Assembly (NCBI GenBank): GCA_963845185.1
Contig: CAWJRG010000001.1
Coordinates: 1 to 64,000 of the forward strand
Length of the DNA stretch: 64,000 nt
DNA from: an uncultured bacterium
GTDB lineage: Bacteria > Oederibacteriota > PGYV01 > CAWJRG01
Direction: 5' to 3'
Part shown: positions 1-7,158 of the stretch, piece by piece
Numbering within the stretch: position 1 is the first letter of the stretch
Layout: every line of letters starts with the position of its first letter
Program-made: the position numbers and the translations under genes
Notes under the pieces: model-generated
What the model saw: the letters and a program-made list of their open reading frames with translations, nothing else
Told to the model about the DNA's origin: nothing
Database searches by the model: none

Positions 1-129
1 CGTTTTTCAGCGATAGTGTCCTCAAACTCAAAAAGAATTGACTACTTGTATCAGTTAATTAATTGTACCAAACGTAAGGGTTTGCATAAAGCAAATTTTT
101 ATGTATACTTTCATCGAGGAGAGTGACAA

Positions 130-455
130 ATGACTGACAACCAACAGAATAACGGATTGAAGAAACCAAAGTTAACCCCAGAACAACTTTTTGATATTTA
201 TCAGGAATGTTCCTTACCCAACGCGCCAGTAAAAGCCATCCTGGAACGGTGCGGGCTTAAACCGTGGCATCTTATTGCCTTGCGTAAAGAATCAAGCAAG
301 CTGCCCTGTCAGAACTATCGAATCCGGCAAAATCCGGCAGAAAGAAGTCCATGGTTCTCGTAGAAAGCCTTGCTCAAGTGGATAAGGAACTTTCTCAAAC
401 AAAGGACGCGCTGGCTGCTGTCGGGCATGAGCTTGCGTTGTTAAAAAAAAGATGA
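130..455 (+). pseudogene. IS OrfA (HTH + coiled coil), frameshifted near 286-290
   Basis: Frame 1 MTDNQ...LIALRK continues in the -1 frame as RIKQAALSELSNPAKSGRKKS...GHELALLKKR* ending at an A8G run (443-451), which looks like a typical OrfA C-terminus. Confidence 0.7.
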
Positions 456-475
456 GTTGAGTCTCAAGGGGCCCT

Positions 476-1459
476 TTGAAGGGGCACTATCCGGCCCAAG
501 TTAGGCAGATAGTTGTTATCACTATAAACGAAGCCGTACTATCCGGTTTCACGCAGAAAAGAGCTTGTTTGATCTTTGACATAGACGCCAGAAAATTCAG
601 ACGCTGGGCTAAACTAAAAAAGAGAACGCCAAGAACGGCATGTAACAAACTGTTGCCGTTTGAAAAGACATCGATTATTGACTCTGCCTTTAGACCTGAA
701 AATATAGGCAAGCCATTGAGCCATATTTACGTATATGGCCATAATTCAGGCGCTTTTCATGCTTCTCTATCGACTGTATACAGGTATCTAAAAGCCGAAG
801 ATCTCGTAAAACCATTCGAACCCAAAAAACGGAAATCTAATCATGTTTCGGCTCACGATCTTTTGGATGCTGGATTTTCCCTTTTGACCTATGACGGTTC
901 ATGCTTCAAAACCGAGTCCGGCGTAACTGTTTGGTCCATACCGGTTCTGCTTCTGCCTTACAGGTATCTGCTGCATATCGGACACAGTTTACGCGGCGTC
1001 AGTTCAGCGGATTTACGGGATGCCGTTGCTCAAGCCATACTTGAACTGCCGGATGACTTTCCTGACAACATAGTGGCTTTTTCAGACCGCGGATCTGCTA
1101 TGAAAGCCAAAAAGACTGTTGCCTTCCTGGAAGATGTGCTAAAAATTCCTGTACGCTACGGACGCCCAAACACGCCGGATGACGAACCATGGATTGAGGC
1201 CCTGAATAAAAACTCGAAGTATCACAGGGATGTGCCGGCTGTCTTTCCAACGGTTTCAGATGTACTGGACTGGTTAGAAAAATTTAAACCACTGCATAAC
1301 AACGATCCTCATAGCTCGCTACATTATGTTACACCGGCTGAGGCGTTCGCGGGAAAAATGGAGGTGATTTTAAGCCAGAGAAAGAACAACCTGATCACTG
1401 CAAACATTATAAGGTTGGAGGCTTTCAGGGCTTCCAAGCTTCAAGTAGTGATTGGGTGA
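476..1459 (+). CDS. IS OrfB, DDE (rve/integrase core) transposase
   Basis: Motifs SLSTVYRYL, TYDGS, SDRGSAM, RPNTPDDEPWIEA and HSSLHYVTP, typical of IS3/IS481 DDE transposases. Confidence 0.9.
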   Translation: MKGHYPAQVRQIVVITINEAVLSGFTQKRACLIFDIDARKFRRWAKLKKRTPRTACNKLLPFEKTSIIDSAFRPENIGKPLSHIYVYGHNSGAFHASLSTVYRYLKAEDLVKPFEPKKRKSNHVSAHDLLDAGFSLLTYDGSCFKTESGVTVWSIPVLLLPYRYLLHIGHSLRGVSSADLRDAVAQAILELPDDFPDNIVAFSDRGSAMKAKKTVAFLEDVLKIPVRYGRPNTPDDEPWIEALNKNSKYHRDVPAVFPTVSDVLDWLEKFKPLHNNDPHSSLHYVTPAEAFAGKMEVILSQRKNNLITANIIRLEAFRASKLQVVIG

Positions 1460-1473
1460 CGGTTTGAGGTCAA

Positions 1474-2193
1474 TTAAGCTGAAAAACTCCGCTCAGAATT
1501 AATCATCTTTCCACCAGAACTTTGATAAGGTTTTCCTTTATCATTTGGGAATTTAAAGTCAATAAACCAATGCTTAAATATTGATTGTGCGATTTGTTCC
1601 AAAGTCCGGTTCATTTTGTTGTTTAGTTCAATTTGATCATCTAAATCGAGTATTATTTTAGCTATTTTATTTTGATAATCAATTGCAGGTACTATAATTT
1701 TAGTCTTTAATAATTCAGTTTGTTTTATACCCTGGACCGTAGTGCCAGATGCTCTAGATAACAATTCGCTTTGAAAAAAAACCGTTGAAATATAAACATA
1801 TAAATACTCTGCCAATATTATATTTTTATTTGCTCGAATTCCAAATAGACGTTGACTTAAGACTATTTTTTCATCTGAATCCCATAACATATATTCGCCT
1901 AAAGGTCCTTCAGACGTTAACAAAATATCCCCTCTTTTAATTTCATCTTTCATCCACTTTTTATATAATTCGTAATTGACGTATCGAATATCATTTTGAC
2001 CAACGACCTTGCCTTTTTTTATGTTTTTTGCCGATAAGGCTCTGATTCCGCTATTACTCCAATTGCCACCCAATTTTTTGGGAGTCTTTCCTCTATAATC
2101 AATAATTTTTTCAATGCATTCAGACATGTCTATAGTTTTCCATTTTGTGATTTTACCAGATAAAATTTTTCTCCCTAATTTCTTTTTATTCAT
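1474..2193 (-). CDS. hsdS: Type I R-M specificity subunit, N-terminal half only (one TRD), truncated by the IS
   Basis: DYRGKTP, GDILLTSEGPLG, the conserved helix LDDQIELNNKMNRTLEQIAQSIFKHWFIDF and GGKMINSE; the last few residues (RSFSA*) come from the IS inverted repeat. Confidence 0.9.
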   Translation of the reverse strand: MNKKKLGRKILSGKITKWKTIDMSECIEKIIDYRGKTPKKLGGNWSNSGIRALSAKNIKKGKVVGQNDIRYVNYELYKKWMKDEIKRGDILLTSEGPLGEYMLWDSDEKIVLSQRLFGIRANKNIILAEYLYVYISTVFFQSELLSRASGTTVQGIKQTELLKTKIIVPAIDYQNKIAKIILDLDDQIELNNKMNRTLEQIAQSIFKHWFIDFKFPNDKGKPYQSSGGKMINSERSFSA

Positions 2194-2640
2194 GATAGAC
2201 TTACCAAATTACCATCTTCATATATTTCAAATATCGGCGATTGATGCACGTTTGCTTTTGTTCCTAATATAACCAAAGCTCCAAATGCGTATTTGAATTT
2301 CTCATCCGTGGTTAACTTCTTCAATTTTATTCTGTCACATTCAATTTCTGCATTGTCTGCTTTTTTTACCTCTATAGCTAAAAGATTTTCGTTCGTATTT
2401 CTTTTATGAATTATAATGTCTGGCCGTATCAGTTTATTTTCAAGATACTTTTCTTTTCCTAAATCACGATTATATTCGCAATCAATATCGTATGAACTGA
2501 ATGACGCAACGAGAATATCCGGCAATTTTGTGCGATAAAGACTGTTCATGGACATCATTTTGCAATAAAATGAAATCGTTTTTTTGAAGTTTAAAAGTAG
2601 CCTCTGTAACTATTTTCCTAATCTTTTCTGTATCAAACAT
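2190..2640 (-). pseudogene. Uncharacterised PD-(D/E)XK-like nuclease-family gene between hsdM and hsdS, with a 1-bp frameshift near 2514
   Basis: ATG at 2640 (overlapping the hsdM stop) gives MFDTEKIRK...VHEQSLSHKIAGY. It continues in the ORF-track frame as LVASFSSYDIDCEYNR...RPDIIIHKR...LLAIEVKK. The stop overlaps the hsdS ATG. Confidence 0.65.
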
Positions 2641-4279
2641 TAAAACCTATTCCTTTCAAATTATTTTTGATTTCTTTCTTCAGATTTTCCGATTCTACAA
2701 ACTGCTCTCCAAGTTCCTCAGTCAATTTCTTCATCTTCTCCTCAAACGCCTCATCGTCATCCTCCACAACCTCAGTTCCTACATATCTGCCTGGAGTAAG
2801 GACATAATCATTTTTCTTTATCTCCTCCAGCGTTGCTGACTTACAGAACCCCTTTATGTCTACGTACTTGCCAGACATCCTCTTTCCTAACCTCTCTCCC
2901 ACTGGGAGAGAGGAAGGAGTGCGGGTATCATGCTTCCATGCATGATATATCCCTGCTATTTTTTGTATTTCTTCATCTGTTATCTCCCTATGCCTTCTGT
3001 CTTTCATTATTCCCATATTGCGACAATCTATAAAAAGAGTCTCGCCTGACCTGGCTCTGTAGTTATTATTCTTTTTGTCGCGGGATACAAACCAGAGGCA
3101 GGCAGGTATCATAGTGTTATAAAAAAGCTGGCCTGGCAGGGCTATCATACAGTCCACAAGGTCGGCCTCGATTATATTCTTCCTTATATCCCCTTCACCG
3201 CTCGTATTCGACGACATAGAGCCGTTCGCGAGCACAAAACCCGCGATTCCTTTTGGCGATAAGTGATGTATGAAGTGCTGAACCCACGCGAAGTTCGCGT
3301 TTCCCACCGGTGGCGCGCCGAATTTCCACCGAACGTCATCCCGCAGTAAATCGCCGTGCCAGTCGCTGTTGTTAAAAGGCGGGTTGGCAAGCACAAAATC
3401 AGCTTTCAGGTTTTGGTGAGCGTCTTTTAAAAAACTTCCCTGGTCGTTCCATGTTATTTCTCCTGCTATGCCGCGTATGGCAAGATTCATCCTGCACAGC
3501 CGCCATGTGGTCTGGTTTGATTCCTGCCCATAAATGGCAATATCCCCAACCCTGCCCCTGTGCTCCTCCACGAATTTTTCAGACTGCACAAACATGCCGC
3601 CTGAGCCGCAGCAAGGGTCAAAAACCCTGCCTTTATATGGTTCTATCATATTAACAAGTATTTTTACAATGCAGGAAGGCGTATAAAACTGCCCGCCTGA
3701 CTTGCCTTCGGCGTCAGCAAACTGGCCCAAAAAGTACTCATATACCCTGCCGAGTATGTCTTTTTTCCTGCTTTCCTTGTCCCCGAGACCTATGGTGCTT
3801 ATCAGGTCTATGAGTTCGCCGAGCCGTTGCTTGCTCAGGGATTCACGCGCGTAGTTTTTGGTCAGCACGCCTTTCAGCGTTGAGTTTTCTTTTTCCAGGG
3901 CCTCCATTGCGTCGTCTATGATTTTGCCTATTTCCGGTTTTTTAGCGTTTTCCTGTATCAGTTTCCACCTGGCTTTTTTAGGGACAAAGAATATATTTTC
4001 CGCCGCGTATTCATCCCTTTCCTCTGAAACCATGTATTTCGGGGTATCTTCCTCCAGCAGCTCATTATGCCTGCCCTCAAACGCGTCAGAGATGTATTTG
4101 AGGAATATCAGCCCGAGCGCGACGTGCTTGTACTCCGCCGCGTCCATGTTTGACCGCAGCTTATCCGCCGCTTTCCACATCTTTTCCTCAAATCCCAGGT
4201 TCGCGCCGTTGGATTGTTTTTGCGCTTCTTTGGCTTCTTTGATTTCTGTGACTCCTTTATCTTTTTTATTCCGTGGCAT
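2633..4279 (-). CDS. hsdM: Type I R-M N6-adenine methyltransferase subunit
   Basis: [25 protein letters not shown] (motif I), ANPPFN (motif IV) and [10 protein letters not shown]. Confidence 0.97.
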   Translation of the reverse strand: MPRNKKDKGVTEIKEAKEAQKQSNGANLGFEEKMWKAADKLRSNMDAAEYKHVALGLIFLKYISDAFEGRHNELLEEDTPKYMVSEERDEYAAENIFFVPKKARWKLIQENAKKPEIGKIIDDAMEALEKENSTLKGVLTKNYARESLSKQRLGELIDLISTIGLGDKESRKKDILGRVYEYFLGQFADAEGKSGGQFYTPSCIVKILVNMIEPYKGRVFDPCCGSGGMFVQSEKFVEEHRGRVGDIAIYGQESNQTTWRLCRMNLAIRGIAGEITWNDQGSFLKDAHQNLKADFVLANPPFNNSDWHGDLLRDDVRWKFGAPPVGNANFAWVQHFIHHLSPKGIAGFVLANGSMSSNTSGEGDIRKNIIEADLVDCMIALPGQLFYNTMIPACLWFVSRDKKNNNYRARSGETLFIDCRNMGIMKDRRHREITDEEIQKIAGIYHAWKHDTRTPSSLPVGERLGKRMSGKYVDIKGFCKSATLEEIKKNDYVLTPGRYVGTEVVEDDDEAFEEKMKKLTEELGEQFVESENLKKEIKNNLKGIGFNV

Positions 4280-4324
4280 TTATTGCTCCTTTACTTTTTA
4301 ATTATTATACCTCAAAATCCATCC

Positions 4325-4370
4325 TTCAGCATTACAATCAAATATCCTTCTTAAATTTCTTTAAAAGCCA
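4325..4370. repeat. 46-bp direct repeat, copy 1 (other copy at 5491-5536)
   Basis: ttcagcattacaatcaaatatccttcttaaatttctttaa(a/g)agcca; one mismatch between copies. Confidence 0.95.
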
Positions 4371-4572
4371 ACATTCAAACAATTCTCAATTATCAATGAA
4401 AATCCATTAAGTAATTTAGGATTTGGCGTTTGTGATTTCGCCAGAAATTTTGTGTATCATCCCATAATTAAAACTCGGTTTGTGTAACATATTTTGTATT
4501 TTTTGTTACACAAATATATTAGTAGTTAACGCGTTATACTCAATAAATCCCCGGATATCAAATCCTAAATTA

Positions 4573-4722
4573 TCAAACTTTGTTTGCCGGAACCAATACT
4601 GTCCTGCCGTTTTTCCATACCGCAAGCGGCCGTCCGGACTTCTTATGTTTTGCGACGACTTCCTTTACAGCTTTTTTCATTGCAGCTTCTGCTTTATCCT
4701 GCAATGTCATCTTTTTTTTCAT
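4573..4722 (-). CDS. 49-aa basic protein, likely partner/antitoxin of the zeta-like ATPase
   Basis: MKKKMTLQDKAEAAMKKAVKEVVAKHKKSGRPLAVWKNGRTVLVPANKV*. ATGA overlap with the upstream ATPase stop; SD AGGAGA. Not in the ORF track. Confidence 0.75.
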   Translation of the reverse strand: MKKKMTLQDKAEAAMKKAVKEVVAKHKKSGRPLAVWKNGRTVLVPANKV

Positions 4723-5300
4723 AATGTATCTCCTTGTTTTAATATTTTCCCGAATAGATCAGCGATTAATATTTTTCTGTTTCCGGCTGTTTTTTCAGCA
4801 ATTAAAGCAGGTTGGGCGCCTGAATTATCAAAAAGCATCCAGGTATCAAACAAAACCTCATACATGCCCAAAAAATTTTTTAGTCCCCGTCCGAACCTCC
4901 GCCTGACGTCTTCCACAGGGACATTATGCCCTCCTTCAGACACCCTGCCCTTTATACGGGCAATGGCCAGTTCCGGTGAAGGCAGCCACAAAAAAAACAT
5001 ATGCAACCCGTATCCGGAACTTTTCAGGCGTTTCAGTTTATTGAAATATGTCCTGCCTGACAGCGTTGTCTCAAAGGCAAAATCAAGGCCTTTATCCGAG
5101 TATTCCTGCATCTGCTGTAAAACCAGCTTGCCTGCTTTTATTGCCGCCTGCTCAGGATTAAAAGGCGCCAGCCCTCCTGCTATAAGGTCCGCGTTTATAA
5201 AATTAGGGCATTTAACATAATCAGGCAGGAATTTCATGGCAAATGTTGTTTTTCCGGACCCGTTTGGTCCTGCTATGATATAAATATTTTTTTCTTTCAT
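4719..5300 (-). CDS. Zeta-toxin-like / AAA P-loop ATPase
   Basis: IIAGPNGSGKTT Walker A, FINADLIA, FAFETTLSG and RVSEGGHNVP. Confidence 0.9.
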   Translation of the reverse strand: MKEKNIYIIAGPNGSGKTTFAMKFLPDYVKCPNFINADLIAGGLAPFNPEQAAIKAGKLVLQQMQEYSDKGLDFAFETTLSGRTYFNKLKRLKSSGYGLHMFFLWLPSPELAIARIKGRVSEGGHNVPVEDVRRRFGRGLKNFLGMYEVLFDTWMLFDNSGAQPALIAEKTAGNRKILIADLFGKILKQGDTL

Positions 5301-5315
5301 CTTGCCTCCGTTTCA

Positions 5316-5433
5316 TGTGGAGCCCCCGCCCCTACGGCAGGCGGGACACCTTTAAAAAAACTCATATGCTCCCTCCCCGGAGTGCTATCATTCCCCGCAC
5401 TATCAGCGGGGATTTTCGCGGAGCGGGATTAAA
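5316..5433. mobile_element. Small non-autonomous hairpin-ended element (IS200/IS605-end-like MITE)
   Basis: GC-rich hairpins cccgcc-N9-ggcggg (5325-5345) and tccccgc-N7-gcgggga (5392-5412) in AT-rich context, with no ORF. Confidence 0.4.
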
Positions 5434-5490
5434 TTTTTAATTAATTATGCGCCGAAACAGATTGAAAATCAAGAAATTTTAATTCCTTCA

Positions 5491-5536
5491 TTCAGCATTA
5501 CAATCAAATATCCTTCTTAAATTTCTTTAAGAGCCA
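5491..5536. repeat. 46-bp direct repeat, copy 2, covering the 3' end of the ParB-like gene
   Basis: Matches 4325-4370 at 45/46 positions; encodes WLLKKFKKDI* on the minus strand. Confidence 0.95.
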
Positions 5537-6820
5537 TTTTACCCCTTTTTTTCCATAATGCATTACTTTTTTTGCAACCCATTGCCTGGTTTTTACGGCT
5601 ATTGGGTGGTTGTTGAGCGCGGCCAGTCCAAGGATATTGGGGAGTCTGGGGCCCTGCGATATAATGCCGGTGAACTGGTCCAGAGGATGATTTGGAATTT
5701 TGGATTTGGAATTCCCAGAGTTTGGGATTTGGGATTCACTTGCTCCTGCCTTTGCCAACCCTCCAACCTTCTGACCCTCCGACCCTCCGCACTCCCCCGC
5801 CTTTATCTTCTCCACCAGCTTCGGCAAATCTGCCAGATACGGGTTATCGTCCAGTTTGCCATTATTATGCTTCAAAGCCCAGATGCCGCCTGCCGCCATA
5901 AGCGCAGCCACAGCCGCGCTGTCCTCGTCCTGTATTATAATATGAAGGCCGCCTTTTGCCGGTGTTTTTATCTCAAAATACCCTGTATCCTTCATCTCCT
6001 GCAACAATTTGGCATGCCGCCAACCGTTTAGGCCGGATTCTTGGCCGCCTTTAACGGAATTTTCAGCTGTCGAAGGAGCCCCCTCACCCTGACCCTCTCC
6101 CGCAGGTGGCGAGGGGTGTGTTTTGCCGCCCTCCCCGAAGGATTCCGGCGTATTGCCTGCTTTCACCCACACCGCCAGATTTTTGACCTCTTTTTCAGGC
6201 ATTTTCCCGGCTATAAGCACCTTCAAAGCCCTTTCCATAAGGTCAAGAACGTTATTTTGGCCATTTGCCAGCCCGGAAAGCGTGACTATTGCCCTCTCAG
6301 GCACCTCCCAGTCAGTGGTTTTGTTCGCAATGCGAACAATTTCAGCCATTGCGCCCTCATTTAGCAGGGGTATGACCTTGTTTGCGTTATTAACCATGGT
6401 CAGGCCGACGTTAAGCATGTCTGCAATTTGTCTTTGTGTCAGGTCGGGGTGCTTTGCCATGTAATCGGCAATATATCTGTACTTGTCCAGCCAGTGATAG
6501 GGTTCACCATTATTGTTTTCAAACCCCTTCAGGGAAAAGTCCTCCCTGCTTCCTTTAAATACCTCAGCCTCTATCTCGGTCCAGCCCAGTTTCATAGCCG
6601 CCCGCAGGCGCCTCTCGCCCTCAAAAAGCTCGTACCCGGCCTGCTCGGTAGCGGTGCACCCCTGCGAAGGCGTGTCCTGAGGGGTCAGTTCGCGGGTTTT
6701 CACGGATTCGAGCTAGCCGTCTGCCTTCATGGACGCGGCAAGGCTGTCTATCCCGTCAGGGTCGATAAAATGCCTTGGGTTTTCGGGATTAAAGCGGATT
6801 TTGGAAATCTGGATTTTCAT
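5504..6820 (-). pseudogene. ParB/Srx N-terminal-domain protein with HTH; in-frame TAG at codon 36
   Basis: ATG 6820 reads MKIQISKIRFNPENPRHFIDPDGIDSLAASMKADG*LESVKTRE, in frame with the 5504-6703 ORF. That ORF contains YELFEGERRLRAA (GxxR box) and LTQRQIADMLNV (HTH). Confidence 0.8.
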
Positions 6821-6864
6821 ATTTGTCCCCTCTTTTTCCCCGCAGGGAGTTTCGCGTTTTTTCA

Positions 6865-6893
6865 ATTTTAAAAAATGTATTCCGGAATGTCAA
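6865..6893 (-). promoter_or_regulatory. sigma70-type promoter for the ParB-like gene with an internal palindrome
   Basis: TTGACA-17 bp-TAAAAT; palindrome ATTCCGGAAT at 6879-6888. Confidence 0.65.
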
Positions 6894-6928
6894 GACATTT
6901 TTTTGCTGCCGGCAAAAAACATATCGGG

Positions 6929-7084
6929 CCCATGTGCTTCCTGTCCGTTGGGTCAGCGCTTTGCCTATGGCTTACTCCGGATTCTGCCTCACGACAGACA
7001 CACTTGCCGCTTCGGCTAACGATTCTCCTTGCCGGGCCCGTTGTGGGCTTTCACCCCTTGGCGAATGCGCCCTGCCGGGCGTAC
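6929..7084 (-). ncRNA. 5' fragment (domain I) of a group IIC intron; no RT ORF or domain V/VI
   Basis: GTACGCCCGGCAGGGCGC...GGGTGAAAGCCC...GTTAGCCGAAGCGGCAAGTGTGTCTGTCGTGAGGCAGAATC...GGCAAA follows the class C 5' consensus. It starts a few nt after an intrinsic terminator, the known IIC target. Confidence 0.8.
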
Positions 7085-7090
7085 CAAAAT

Positions 7091-7122
7091 AAAAAAGGGC
7101 GGATTTGCGTCCGCCCTTTTTT
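7091..7122 (-). terminator. Intrinsic (bidirectional-looking) terminator of the rpoBC operon
   Basis: aaaaaagggcgga-tttgcg-tccgccctttttt. Confidence 0.9.
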
Positions 7123-7158
7123 ATATCATCCGGCAGCCGGAAAAGCCTGCCCTTATAT

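Larger units (their letters stand above)
1..1495 (+). mobile_element. IS3-family-like insertion sequence (left tip just outside the window), inserted in hsdS
   Basis: Imperfect terminal inverted repeats: gtttttcagc-N8-cctcaaac (2-27) versus gtttgagg-N8-gctgaaaaac (1462-1487). The right end finishes ...ccgctCA at 1495. Encloses OrfA and a DDE OrfB. The hsdS frame breaks exactly at this end. Confidence 0.85.

Noticed and set aside
6713..6715. Genome-wide TAG recoding or pyrrolysine
   Set aside because: TAG is the natural stop of other genes here (for example those ending at 20071, 39926 and 41261), and no pyl genes are seen.
7060..7086. tRNA gene ending in CCA on the + strand
   Set aside because: There is no T-loop or cloverleaf upstream; the sequence is explained as the reverse complement of the group IIC intron 5' end.
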